64,000 nt of DNA from Isurus oxyrinchus (taxonomy: Eukaryota), in the NCBI GenBank assembly GCA_026770705.1, contig JANJGN010000026.1, positions 35,030,001 to 35,094,000 of the forward strand, read 5' to 3'. Made by a program: the position numbers and the translations under genes. Shown here one piece after another: positions 23,211 through 36,384 of this stretch; position 1 is the stretch's first letter, and every line of letters begins with the position of its first letter. The notes below the pieces were generated by a model. That model was not told the DNA's origin. It made no database searches and saw only the letters and a list, made by a program, of their open reading frames with translations.

Positions 23211-23249
23211 CACAGTGTAAAAAACATATGTGGCGCTCGTACAGAAACC
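23211..23249 (+). other. 23-RSS
   Basis: CACAGTG-23-ACAGAAACC. Confidence 0.92.
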
Positions 23250-24174
23250 TGCACCGAGTGCGAGAGCCGCTTTACTGTTTTTGGACCATCAGCATTGCGA
23301 GTGGCGCCGTTATAAAATGATCCGTAGGTAGGAGATATGAGTGTCAAAATAAAGAAAACATAGAAGAGAAAGATTGAAAGAGAGTCAGAAATAAACAGAG
23401 CTGCAAACATAGAAGAAGAAAAAGGAAGAGTAAAGACGTAAGCCAGAATATGTAGCGCAAAAGAACGAGAGAAAAAGTGCAGTAATAATACTTGAACAGG
23501 ACATATATTCAGGAAACTACTGAAAGAGACAGCAAAAAGAGATAGGAAGAAAAGAGAGAGAAAGGAGGTGAAGAAAACGGATTGAACCATTGAGGACAGA
23601 CGTGCACTGAGCTGATCCACCGGGGCAACCCCACTCAAGGGCATTGACCAGATCTTCTTTTCATTCAATCAGTTGCATTGTTCAGTTGAATAAATTTTAT
23701 TAAGCTATACGTTTCATTTTCTCTGGTTTATCTGTTTTTACTTCTAATTAACCCCTTCTGTTCAGTTTGTCGTTGTTCACTTCCCTCCAGCTCCGCGATT
23801 CACTTTGCGATCGGTAGATTGCCCCATTAACGTGACCCCGGTCTCAGGTTCTGTAATATGTTGTCGCTCAGGTTTAATGGAGGTTGGGTTTCAGCACCCT
23901 CTTCCTTGGAGATTTTCTCAACATAGCTCCCTGATTTTAGTGACAGAAATAGTTGATTAGAAACGGGAAGGAGAGTTTAATTGGCAGATTTATCTTTGGC
24001 GTCGCTCCGATTGGATTCTGAAGTTTGTTCCTCTCGGCCGCTCCTGGAAACAGTTGGTGACAACCTTATTCAAGGTTTATTTGGTTTCCTCTCGCATCTT
24101 GTTTGAAATGCTTCATTGGTGCGATTGCGCACACCCGTCAACAGATAGGAGCTCAGACACACAGTCCAAAGCAG

Positions 24175-24678
24175 GTTTTTTGTGCAGGTGTGGAATTGCA
24201 TTCCACAGCTCTGTGTCCCAGGGAGCGCAGTGATGCACCGCAGGCATCATTACTAAAGGGTAAATCTGGACTAAACAAGTTTTATTTTACCTCTAATTTC
24301 CAAAGTATGGATTGAATCTGAATTTTAAACATCCGTGAGTCAATATTTTTTTTCCCGATGGGCCCTGTTTTTCAAATATGATTCACAGGGATTATATTAC
24401 TCAGTCGCTCTCCTCAGATGCCAAGGCAGAAGGAGCTACGCTGAATTTAAGCCACATCTATGATACTGCTTGGAGCAGATATAATTTCTACCGTTACCGG
24501 CAACACTCAGACACGCAGCCCGAGTTTCGACTGTGGAAATATTCTCTTGGTAATTTAGATGAAGCAGAGTTTGACGAAGTCGTTTCTCTACAGATCTACA
24601 GACCTCGACTAAGTTCATCAGTTGAAATATTTCAAGGCTTCAGCTGCCTGACTCAGCCCAGATGCTGAGTCGCCACAT
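24175..24678 (-). pseudogene. TRDV-like pseudogene (family B) with its core 24241-24657 inverted
   Basis: Minus strand carries the leader start ATGTGGCGACTCAGCATCTGG (24678) and the 3' end AVHHCAPW plus CACAGAG..ACAAAAAAC (24175-24240). Plus strand carries the leader end with GT, the intron and the V exon DYITQSLSSDAKAEG..YRQHSDTQPEF..LQLPDSA. Confidence 0.8.
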
Positions 24679-27197
24679 TGCCACTGTCCGCTCTGTAAAA
24701 GGGGAGTTGGATATTTGAAGGCGCCCTTTTCCATCTTCACTCTCAATGATCTGCTGCCGTGTCTCATGATGCTCTCACCTCACTTTCCTCTATCTTCGGT
24801 GGTGTCCTGAGTCCGGTAAGTGGTGATCTGGCTGTCAGTTAGTGGAAACACCTCGAATTCGGCTATAGTCAGTGCAGAAGGGTGCACCCTCCGATCCCGC
24901 AAAGTGGAAGAGGTGAAGTTACACTCTCCAATTACAAAGAGACCAGAGACTCTCAGGCTTCTTTTAACCGGTTTTATTCAAGCATATGCAAGGCAGCTGC
25001 AATCATTTCTAAGAATGAAGACCCCGTTCCCAGATTGATTACGTTTCATTACTTATGTACTTTTTCTTATCATAATACATTTGAATACATTTGAATACAT
25101 CCAATCGGTAACCGACACACCGGTCTCATGGTAACCCCATCCGATTGAGTAAATAAACATGTGATTTTGCTAACCAATTATTCTAAAGGAGATATACATA
25201 ATTATGTTATCCAATCAAAATTAAAACTCGTACAACAAAGACCTTGGTTTTCACAGCTCAAGACTGTTTGCGTTTCATCAAAGCCCCCTCTTTGTCCATT
25301 GTATGTCTTCCCATATCTAAGTTAAAACCATCTGCCCCTTCCCTATGTGAAAGGGGAGTACACTTAATCTATTTTATGCCCTGCTTGTGTCTTCAGCCTG
25401 ATTCTCAAGTCTGTGCAATATTCATCTGTTAATCGTCAACTCTTAATATGCTTAGCAGCCATTTCTACTTGAGGATTTTAAGTTTTCTTCAGTAAATTCT
25501 TACAGTGTTCTCTTTTAGCACGTTTAGTTTCTCCCTAAGAGTCACTTTTTTCATAGGCGTGATGGTGTCGTTGTTAAAAACTTTGGGATCATGTGTGTAA
25601 GGGTGGGGTGGGGTAGCAGAATGGTGGGAGGGGACGGAATTCATTGATTGGTTCTTGTGATTATTAATGATTTTAGTTTATTCCAGCGTTAATTCTTCCT
25701 CTTACATTTAGCAGCGTCACCAACAGGATGCTGCTAACTGTGACTCCAGTGACCTTTTCCTGACAGATCAGGGAACCAGTGGTTGAAGTTTGATTCTGTA
25801 ATTCTTCAGAGTTATTTATGGGGTCTTCATATTAGAACAATGATACCTGTTGTTACTGAACAAACAATTTTACAGACCGAAAGAATTAGCTCACGCTTTA
25901 ATTTAACTTTCACCTAAGTTCCACAATGAACTACCTTTTTGACAACTGCTCTTATAGTGTCTTAACTGAAATATCCATGAAATATTACCCAAGTTAAGAA
26001 ATTGCCTTCGACTGCAAATAGAAGTACAATCTACAGCTTCCCAGAAACAAAACGTGCTGATGTGGTTTTGAAAAAGCAGATTCTAACAAACTGTTTCACA
26101 GGACCAATGTTCTCCAGGCCTCAGGCTGCTACTTTCCACAATTAAAAACCTTTCACATGCAAAACAAAGGAGCTGGTCTCCAGTGAGACATCCCCGCCCC
26201 CGCCGCCCTCCTCCTCCCGCCCCCAGCAATTCACTGCAGCTTAAAGGCTGCTTTCCTAAATACTTTTTTTCTTTTTCATGTTCCCCATTGTCTTCACAAA
26301 CCCCTTTAACCTTGGGTTTCCCAAATATTAAAACCTTTCATGTTCCTATGTTACCTTTATTTCGCATCTCATGAATCTCCGGTAAGATGAAAATGTTCTT
26401 TGAACCTCTTTTGAAATGCACCAGCTGCACATGAATTTTAACACAACACCAAATATATATTTCAAATCTACTTTGTTTACTTGTAAATTAAAACCCACCA
26501 CAAGACCTCAATTCAAATGCAAAGAGATAACACATTTACTCTTTCACCCCTTAGACTCCACAAAGAATTTGACTCCAGGAACCTCTGCATTGATTAACCC
26601 TGAACATACACAGGCACAGCTTTCCTTACCTACACAGGGTATATTCATAAACACACAAAAATAAAAAGATGCACATATAATCACACCTCTCATTGGTTTA
26701 ATGTGGCAGGAGGGAGAATAGCTCTAGACTGGTTTCATAGCCTCCAGGGTAAGATGTAGAGCGGGTTCTCGTTGACATGAACTCGTTAGCAGCAGAAGAT
26801 GAATATCTCTACAACTCTCACTCAGATTACAAAAGCACATGGAGCAAAGAAATAAACAAATCACAAGATTTTTAGATTTAGCTTTTCCCCTTTATCATCG
26901 ATCCCCTCTAACTGTACAGTTCATTGCTTCAGAAAACTGATCTCACCTCGGCTCTTTATTCCTCCTCCATTTTCCATACCTTCCACTCACCTGTCCCACT
27001 CATTGCTTAGTATCTGAAGCCTATCCTTCAATATGTGGGTTTACTTTGTGATCCTATTGTCCAATGGACGCTCACATACCATTAAAGTATTCTGATTTGA
27101 ATTATTAAATTGCTATCTATTACAAAATGAGTCAGATTTTGGAGATACAGCAGTTAACCCGCTGCCCTGGCCTGATGAAAGGAACGTTGTGGCATTA

Positions 27198-27210
27198 CGC
27201 CCCCTGGTGG
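27198..27210 (-). promoter_or_regulatory. CTCF-like motif
   Basis: CCACCAGGGGGCG on the minus strand; strong consensus match. Confidence 0.55.
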
Positions 27211-27679
27211 GCATTCTATGAAGTGTTCAGATGCCCCTGAGAGGCTGTGAGAGATCCAATGTTCATTCAATAACCCGATATGAGATTTCTGGTTCAAAGG
27301 AAGCTCGGTTGGAGCAGTTTTGAATTCACATGCCGAGCAGAAACAATGGTTTATATAGTTAAACTATATACTGGAAAAAGGAAAGTTCAACAATTATGGG
27401 TAAAAGTGGAGACAGGCAATGATAAGGCACAGGGCCAAAAAGGAAATCATCAGACAAAGGGTGAGTTCAGGCTGCATTGGTGCATTTGTGGAGTTTGTAT
27501 TTTATTACATATATAACTTAAAATTACAAACGAATATATTTTTGCCAGTGGACCTCATCTGTTCTTTTTGAGTGCCTTACTTCATTACACTTTTTAAAAC
27601 CTCTTTGTGACTCTCCCTGAATTATTGCTTCCGTTTATTGCTGCGAGAATGGCCTCTCTTGAGCAGTAACTGGAATATT

Positions 27680-28200
27680 CAACGTCTTTTTGTTTGGGAT
27701 CCGCTGTATCCCTGAAACTGCGTCGTGCTCATGGTACAGAAAAACAAGACGGGGTCGGAGATCAGGACATTGATGATCGTTGACTCGTTGGTATTAGCAG
27801 TTTTACTGAACATGCAGGAGAATCGATCAGCAATTTAAAGGTTCTTGTTGACTGTCTCTCCGATGATCTGGAACACCCACTGCGACCTGAATCGGTAGTG
27901 CTGACTGTAACAGAAAACTGAAGGGTTAGAATCACTTGTTTCCGAGATGCAGCTCACTGTGACATTAATCTCCTTTTCAAGCATCATTTCTGGAACTAAC
28001 TTTTCCACTGAGTTTTGTTCCCTCTTTTCTAACATAAAATAAAGCAACGCTCATTACCGTCATCATTACCATTGTCACAGTTTTATTTTTTAGCAGAATT
28101 AATAGCTAAACTACGGCAGTCAGGGGGATAATTGATTTTATTAGGAAGGAAGTACGTACTCAGCAGTGATTTAATGATGAGGAAATGGCCATGCGAGCTG
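27680..28200 (-). pseudogene. TCR V pseudogene, family D (degraded)
   Basis: NSVEKLVPEMMLEKEINVTVSCISETSDSNPSVFCYSQ..* ..NVLISDPVLFFCTMS. Leader relic with gtacgt donor near 28155; RSS degraded. Confidence 0.75.
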
Positions 28201-29839
28201 CTGTTTGAGTTTGTAACCCCGCATTCATTTAATTCTCTGTCGGATCAGAAATGCAGATTTCCATCCCAGTGCACTGCTGATCCAAACAAATGCCAAACAG
28301 GGAGTAACGGCAGCATTCTGCCCAAAAAAAACAGAGCAAGCAAGGCAGTCAATGTAAAGCAGAAGGCGAAAGCTGCGGGCGAGGCTGAGGCAGTGCTTGT
28401 TATTGCAGTGTTATTGCAGAATCCATTTGTCATGCTCTGAATTCAATAGTAACGTACCCATCAGAAATTCTGTAACTTTGCATCCCTATAAGGTCTGCTG
28501 TCGCTTCATATTCATTGCAAATTCGAAGTCAAAAGGCTCGCGGATGGAAACGCAGAATGATTATGTTGTTCAATATTTACTAAAATCTTCATCATTGACA
28601 CTGGTGTAAAAGAACACTGGGACTGAAATTGGCGATGACAAATAGAGCAAAACGGCAATAGATTCCTATTTTCTGGTTGATGCACACACTTAAACTTAAC
28701 TATCTTATGAAATTGTGGAAGTGTAACGGAAAATATCACATTAAAAACTATAAATCTGGCATAAAACGATTTTAGGTTAATTTGTATTCAGAAAATCGAT
28801 ATTAGCCGATGCAACGTAGACGGGTGAAAATCACGATCTGTGTACACTACCTGCTGGGTGGGGTTAAAGCATCCGCATTTACTGATCTCACAGGGCACGG
28901 ATACTGGACGAAAATTCCCCAGTGCCTTCTCCCCGTGGGTCATAGGACACAAAGGTAAACTGCGCGATTATTGAACTGCACCTCAGTCAGTGTAAAATCA
29001 TTTAATTTTCAGAACGATTCAATAATTGACAGAGATCGGCCATTAGGACAACCCTTTCCATAGGAGTGTTTTCTAATTATGAAAGTTGACGCCTTGCTGT
29101 GGGTCTGACTATAACGTTCAATGTATAACAGCTTGATCCAGCGGTTCAACAGTTATAATTAATTTTCGTTGAGGTCCTTTCCAGATATTGGGTTGCTGAT
29201 GGCCACTGCTTGGTGGAGTCTCCAGAACTCAATCCTACAGAAAGGATTTCTGGTTACTCGTGCAAAGAGCATGAAGAACAGATCATTGGCATGTTTCCGT
29301 AATAATATGTCGGTTTATTTAACAGTATATACACAGGGAGACAAAGAGGAAGAGAGAGAAAGGCTTGAATAATGGCTGGACATTCATAGGTAGACAGGTT
29401 GATAAACAAATGTAGAGATACAGATGGTGAAACAGAGAGAAAGACAAAAACAGGGAAAGAGAGAGGGAGAGAGAAACAGCGAGAGAGACAGATAGATAGA
29501 GAATGATGGAAGGAGATCGAGGGAGAGTAGGAGAGAGAGAGCTAGAGAATAGAAAGGGAGGGGCGTAGTTGTGTGTGACGGAGAGAGAGAGAGAGAGAAA
29601 GGCAGAGAGGCAAAAAGGCAGCCAACTAGACAGATCCAGACATTATTCATTAGAAGATTGTTGTAGTAAGAGTGAAATGGACAGGCAGACACCTATATAG
29701 TAAGATTTAAACCAAACAGATAGTACCGCACGAAGGACAAACATAGCAGGAACTCGAAACTCCATTTTGGCCGCTTTTAACCCGTTTATGCCTGAGTGTG
29801 AATATTGTGTCTACATCTATTTATCTATCTGTATTTGTG

Positions 29840-30700
29840 GTGGGGAGCATTTGAGTGGGAATTAGGGGGGTCCTTCTCAGGATGGCGGCTGGTGACTAGT
29901 GAAGTTCCGCAGGGGTCAGTTTTGGGACAACAGCTTTTCACTTTATACATTAATGATACAGATGAAGGAACTGAGGGCATCCTGGCTAAGTTTGTAGATG
30001 ACGCAAAGATAGGTGGAGGGACAGGTAGCATTGAGGAGGCATGGAGGCTGCAGAAGAATTTGGACAGGTTAGGAGAATGGGCAAAGAAGTGGTAGATGGA
30101 ATAAAATGTGAGGAAATGTGAGGAAGAATGGAGACATGGACTATTTTCTAAATGGGGAGAGAATTCAGAAATCTGGAGTGCAAACGGAATTGGGAATCCT
30201 AGTCCAGGATTCTCTTAAGGTTAACTTGCAGGTTGACGTGGTAGTTAGGAAGGCAAATGCAATGTTGGCATTTATTCCGAGAGGACCAGAATATAAAAGC
30301 AGGAATGTGCTGCTGAGGCTTTAAAAGGCCCTGGTCAGACCACATTTAGAATATTGTGAGCAATTTTGGGCCCCGTATCTCAGGAAGGATGTGCTGGCAC
30401 TGGAGAGGGTCCAGGGTAGGTTCACGAGAACGATCCCAGGAATGAAAGGCTTAACATATGAGGAACGTTTGAGGACTCTGGGTCTATACTTGATGGAGTT
30501 TAGAAGGGTGAGAGGGGATCTGATTGAAACTTACAGAATACTGAAAGGCCTGGATAGAGTGGATGTGGGGAAGATATTTCCATTAGTAGGGGAGACTAGG
30601 ACCTGAGGGCACAGCCTCAAAGTAAAGGGAAGACCTTTCAGAACAGATATGAAGCGAAACTTCTTTAGCCAGAAAGTGCTGAATCTATGTAATTCATTGC
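29840..30700 (+). mobile_element. CR1 LINE ORF2 fragment
   Basis: VPQGSVLG..FVDDAKIGG..LGEWAKKW; LERVQGRFTR; RGDLIETY. Confidence 0.88.
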
Positions 30701-31085
30701 AAAGTGGTCGCCCAGTCTGAATTTGGTCTCTCCAATGTAGAGGAGACCGCATGGGGAGCAACGAATGCAGCAGAGCAAATTGAAGGAGGTGCAAATGAAG
30801 CGCTGCTTCGCCTGAAAGGAGTCTTTGGGCCCTTGGGCGGTGAGGAAGGACGAGGTAATGGGGCAGGTGTTGCACCTTCTGCGATTGCCAACTCCAGCAC
30901 GATGCCACCACCAAACACACCAACCCTTCACCAACCCTGTCGGCATTCTGTGGGGGCTGTTCCCTCAACGACAGCCTGGTCCACTCCTCCATCACCCCTA
31001 ATACTTCATCAATCTCCCAAGGCACCTTCCTGTGCAATCGCAGAAGGTGCATCACCTGCCCCTTTATCTCCTCCCTCCTCACAAA
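30700..31085. mobile_element. Penelope-like GIY-YIG fragments in inverted arrangement
   Basis: CIRCSPCGLLYIGETK..LGDHF on the minus strand, followed by a plus-strand piece. Confidence 0.7.
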
Positions 31086-31597
31086 AATTATGCTGTTTAA
31101 CTTTAATGAAAGGCCACTGACGGTGAAGGAAGGAGATTCAATATAATGTTACGTCTGAGGTGATGTAGGCCATGTATTCAAATTGTTGGGAAGGTTTCGG
31201 TTTATTTTCCGGAGATGCGTGTGCTGTCATGATTGGATTTATTGCCTAACTTTTTGTAACTGAGCACCTTGCTGGGCCATATGACCAGAATGTTAAGAAA
31301 AACGACTTTCGTGTAGTACTGACGCTCCTCTCTTGGGCCAACTGGGTACTGATAACAACTGCGGACCCACCAGCAACGACAACATCTGAGAATAAATTTA
31401 CATGTCACGTCCTTTCGTCCAATCAGATTGGATCTCTCCCTCATATGCTAATTTATCTCAGGAGCGGCTATCGGATGCTCCTGGTTTGTTTAACCCGGCA
31501 CATACGAGCTACTCAACATAAGTACTCGATCAGCTTCCCGCAAAGGACAATCAGATCAACCTGCAGAGACGCACTGCGGCTGGGATTCACAGAGATC

Positions 31598-32057
31598 ATG
31601 CATTTAAAATTCACCCTTTTAACTACCCTCACCTACTTAGCATTTGGTAAGTCTACATGGGAAGTTATAGTACAAACCATTAAAAACTCACTGATTCTTA
31701 GAAAATTCGCAATTCAGTTGTAATCTATACTTTCAATTAGATCTGAGTCACGAAGATTCTGTGTCCCAGGGTTGGTCAGCAGTCGTCCTGAAAATCGGAC
31801 AGACGTTCAGAACGCAGTGCAGCTATTCGACAACAGCAACCTGGTATGACCTGTACTGGTACCGAAAGTATCCCGATGATCGCCCGGAGATGATTGTGTG
31901 GAGAAGTACCAGTGGCAATGGAGGGAAAGCGGAAAACATTGGGAATCGCTTCAGTTCTGTAATAAACAAATCGTCAAAAACGTCTGTTTTAACAGTCACT
32001 GCTCTTCAGCTGAGCGACACGGCACTCTACCTTTGTGGATTCGCCCGATCAGATCGA
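31598..32057 (+). CDS. TRDV: TCR delta-type V segment, apparently functional (leader 31598-31646, V exon 31741-32057)
   Basis: MHLKFTLLTTLTYLAF|gtaagt..ag|DLSHEDSVSQGWSAVVLKIGQTFRTQCSYSTTATWYDLYWYRKYPDDRPEMIVWRSTSG..NRFSS..LQLSDTALYLCGFARSDR. Confidence 0.9.
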
Positions 32058-32096
32058 CACAGTGACACAACCCAATCCTTCTCTCGTACAAAAACT
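32058..32096 (+). other. 23-RSS
   Basis: CACAGTG-23-ACAAAAACT. Confidence 0.92.
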
Positions 32097-32229
32097 GACT
32101 ACATCTGTTTTCACAGAGGATGTTTCATTGTGGTCAGGACGAGGTTGCAACAAGACTGCAATTCCCATGAACTGATCAAACCGCCATAGCACTGGCGCCT
32201 ATCCTGCTCTTTGAAAGCTCTATCTAATT

Positions 32230-32900
32230 AATTTCAACTGACCTACCTTGCCCCACTGCATTGGAATATATATCTTCCTTCAAGAAATTATCCAATTGAC
32301 TTTTTGATAGTTACTATTGAATCTGCTTCTACCACCATTTCCAGCAATGCATTCCATACAACAACTCGTATGTAAAAATATCGACTCATCTCTATCTCGT
32401 TTTTTTTTGTCGATCACGTCGTATCAGTTTCCTATTATTGAGGACTTTACTTCCAATAGAAGCAATTTTTCCATAACCTACTCTATCAAAATTTGGAGCA
32501 GTTATATTCAATCTGCTCTCAACTGCCTTTGCTCAAACCAGAATAATCTTAGCCTTTCGAGTCACTCCATATGGCTGAAGTCCAGCATCTTTGGTTCCAT
32601 TCTAATAAATCTGCTCTGCATCCATTCGAGTCCTAATATCCTTTCTGAATTGTTACGCATAGGTTTAAGTAGAGTAATCTATCAGATATATCAACATGGA
32701 TTATATAATCATTTTTGGGATGTGCACCGCCAGCATTTATTGTCCAATCGTAATTATTTCTGTAAATAATATGCTTTATCCGTAAAATAACTAAGTACTT
32801 TCCAAAACATTTCAAACTGAAATTGCAATAATCCTTAACTTTTGTCCATGCAGCGTGTTGCACTCTGAGGTGCATCATTATAACTGCATTTACTATATAC
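32230..32900 (-). mobile_element. Old degraded CR1-type fragment
   Basis: Resembles 3925-4450 (ccagcatc..ttggt..cattcta..aaatctgctctgca). Confidence 0.45.
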
Positions 32901-32959
32901 AGTCAATGACAAGTGTACAGCCCGAGGAGTTTTACACAGTTAACCGGCCTTCGGCGCAC

Positions 32960-34510
32960 TATACCTGAAAAGTTCTAGGCAGTGGCCTTTCCCCATTGCA
33001 CCTTTGCAGCGACTGCCCCAAGCTTTAGTGGATCTCCCTGCACGTAGTCTTGGACTTTGGTATTTGTCAGTGTGCAATGCTCGGCCGTGATCAATTCTTT
33101 GCACTCGGGGACCAGCAAGTTTCAGGCAGAAAAAAGAACCATTTTAACCGAGTTGAACATCCTTCAGCAGTAGTTGATATCTGTCGCTGTGCGTCCCTGG
33201 AAACTTCCCACAGAGCTTAGAGTCCTGCGTGACAGATCTGTTGGGGTGACTAACTCCACCGCATCCCCTTCCTTGCAAAGCCACATTCTAGAAGGAGTTG
33301 TTCCACTGTCTGTACACCACCGCAGCTGCTTTTGAGGCAGCGTGCGGTGGCACAGAGATTTAGGGCGTGCATGAAGGAGCTGATGGGGAGGGCCTTTCTC
33401 ACCACCACACAGCCACGGCCTTGGTGTTTGATTGAAAGTTCTGGTGCTGAGGTATTTTCGCCAATGACTTTGACAATCTGCTCAAGGATCCATCCGACAA
33501 GGCCCAACATCTCCATCTACCTCAGGGCCGATAGGATGGAACGTGCTGACCGCTGTCTCATGGATTTGTGGTCAGTGAATGTTTTTTTTGTACAAACCTT
33601 TCCCACCAGGGATGGATGAATGGACATAGAGCAACTACTTGGAGCGTTCTGAGGTACAGTGGCCAGACTCATTCTTTGCAACACTGGGGACAGGTAGTGA
33701 CTGCATTTAGTGACACTTGTTGTTCACTTATTAAGGGTCTACACATGGCTTGATTCAGGCACACGTAAAGGCGGCCATCAGGATGAGGGTGATGTGAGGC
33801 ATGTTTCCTTGCCTCCGCCCCACCCCACCTCCACCCCTATTCCAGAGCTTCGCACATGTTGTCCCTGTGGGCACGCTCCATCTTTGACCTCCGGATGAAG
33901 CAGAATATGATTTCGTGGACTGCTGCCATGCAGCATCTAGTTGCAGGGCTTACATTATGTACAGCAACACCGAGGGCATTTCACACCTGATGAGCAGGTT
34001 GATATTCGCAATGGAGAGACAGAGTCGCTCCCCCATGCCCAGTTCCTGCCTCACCTTAGCTATACGTCCTTCCCAGGCTCAGGCGCACGGTCCGGACTCT
34101 CACAACCATATCTCCAGGTAGTCTGACCTGACGATGAAGAGGGCAAAGGGTCTGTCGGCCCAAAAATCATGTACTAGCTCTTGCCACGATTCACCTTAGC
34201 TCTGAGGCCAGTTTAAACTGGGCGCAGGTGTTCATGACTGACTGCGGGTCCGAGTATAAGACAGTGACATTGTCTATATACAGGGAGACGTTGACTTGTC
34301 CGCCTCCACTGCCTGAGATCAAACCGCTTAAACCTCCAACACCCCCCCGTCCGCCCCCACCCCCCTCCCCCCCCCCCCCTCCACAACCACCCCCCGTCCC
34401 GGCCATCCTTCCTGATTGGCTCAGTTTTATGCAAAATATGAAGAAGGCAGAGGAGAGAGGGCAGCCCTCTCTGATTTGATTCTTGATTTGATCGGAAACC
34501 TTTTCAGTTC
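32960..34510 (-). mobile_element. Tx1/L1-clade LINE fragment
   Basis: IREGCPLSSAFFIFCI and LYIDNV (RT); C..SSCGG..TVEQLLLEC (C-terminal zinc-knuckle-like). Confidence 0.65.
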
Positions 34511-34589
34511 TCACCTATTGACTCAAACCGTGCGACTGATCTTTGTGTAGAATAGCTGTATTTGATTGTGGATTCCACACCCAAACTAC

Positions 34590-34965
34590 GTTTTGGAGAA
34601 CATAAGCGTCATCATTCCTGATAAACCAGCCAATCGTGTGCCTGGGAAATCCCTTCAGTTTCTCAGTAAGTGAAGCCTGATCCTGATCTGAGTTACACTT
34701 TAATATCAGAAGGAACAACATATTTGGAACATTCTCTGATTTTCTGTCGAACTCCAAACCAGACACCTTGTTCTCCCTATGTTCCCTTACTACTGATAAT
34801 AACGGTCTTCCTACTCTTTCAGTGTATGCTTAAATAATGGGTCTCGCTTCCATAAATAATGTTGCTCAGACTTTCGAAACTTTCTGCATTTGTCTTACAT
34901 GAATGAGTGCCGTGTCCATCTGAATTGACATTCTGGAAGGACAGTGCATAGCAGTGAACTGGAGA
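34590..34965 (+). pseudogene. Truncated family-E promoter, leader and FR1 relic
   Basis: Homologous to 56130-56500 (ctccctatgttcccttactactgataat..; attctggaaggacag). Ends after FR1. Confidence 0.55.
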
Positions 34966-35359
34966 GTTTCATTCCCTCCATCAGTTTGGTCTCTAAACAT
35001 GCAAACACTCTCTTATCAGGACGATAGCCCAGCTTGTGGTCAGCAGCCAGCTCACCACCATCACTGTATACACAAGGAAGCGACCTGAGAGAGTCCTGAG
35101 ACACGGCAGCAGAGTATTGAGGATTAGAACTGCTGTCCTCAAATATGCTTCTTTGCAGATTCAGTCGGATTGGAATCTGCAGTTTGTTTTCTCGGCCACT
35201 AGGAAACTGTTGGGTGACAGTTTGATCCGAGGTGAATGTGGTTTCCTCTCGGTTTGTGTTTGAATGGCCGATAGCATCGCTGAACATTGTGGCTGCATCT
35301 GCCCGAGATTCTACACATAAACCCAAATGGACAGGAGTTCCGAGTCACAGTTCAAAGAC

Positions 35360-35857
35360 AGCTTGCGCACAGGGGTGAGACTGTTTTCCATCACGGTGAG
35401 TGTGAGAGTGCAGCAATACACGGCAGCGTCAGTCAGCTGCAGACCCGAGATGGTTCAACTGGTGAATTTCGTGGAGGACTGGAACTCGACTGGGAAACGG
35501 ATTTGGGCAAAATTTGTTTTTTCTTCATAACCGCTCGTGGACTTCAGCAACAAAAACCCGAGCTGGGCGTCTAGATGTAGCCTATATCAGTATAGCCAAG
35601 AGCTGTTTTTTGTCGTATGATAGCTACAGCTTAAAGTCACCACTTCGCCTTTTGCCTGAGCATCTGAGGGCAGCGGCTCCTACAAAATCTCCATGAATTA
35701 GTTCTGAACATGTTGAAACAGAAAATAAATCAGACCAGCGGGTGTTTAACATTTAAAGGATGTGCGGAAAATGTGAAAGATGAAGATGAAATGTGTGTGG
35801 TCCTCGATTACCTGTCAGTAATGCTCCCCACAGAACCCAGAGGCTGAGTTGCCGCAT
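35360..35857 (-). pseudogene. TRDV-like pseudogene, family B
   Basis: Leader MRQLSLWVLWGALLT|gtaatc. Exon ..AKGEVVTLSCSYHTTKNSSWLY*YRLH..RFPVEFQSSTKFTS*TISGLQLTDAAVYCC. RSS CACCGTG-23-GCGCAAGCT. Confidence 0.85.
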
Positions 35858-36384
35858 TGTCGCTGTCTGCTCTGTAAAAGGGGAGTTGAATATTTGAAGA
35901 CACCTGTTCTAAACCCCTTCATCATTAATATGCTGTCGTGTCTCAGGGTGTTCTCACCTCACTTCCTTATGTCCTCAGTGGTGCTGTGAGAGCGGTACTT
36001 GGTGAGCTGGTCCTCAGTGAATGTAAACACACCGAACTGGACAATGGTCAGTGCTTTTATAGGGGGAATGGCTCAGCTTTGGAAGCCGAGGGTGGTGTTC
36101 TGGTTGTCAGTGTATTTAAATGCTCAAAGCTGGACGATATTTAGTGTGCTCATAGGGGGAATGTTTCAGATTTAGCTACCGATGTAACAGTGGCTGATTA
36201 TTGTAACTGGAAAACTCAAGGCTGACCTGACCAGAAGGAGAGTCGGAACAGTGACTCCGCTGAGATTTCCCTCAAGTGTCAGTTAACTATTGAGCTAAGA
36301 ACGATTCTGTGTTTTGTCTCAGTGATTTATAACGGTGATATCTGTTGTTACCGAACAAGTACTTGAGCAAACCTAGAGGAATTA

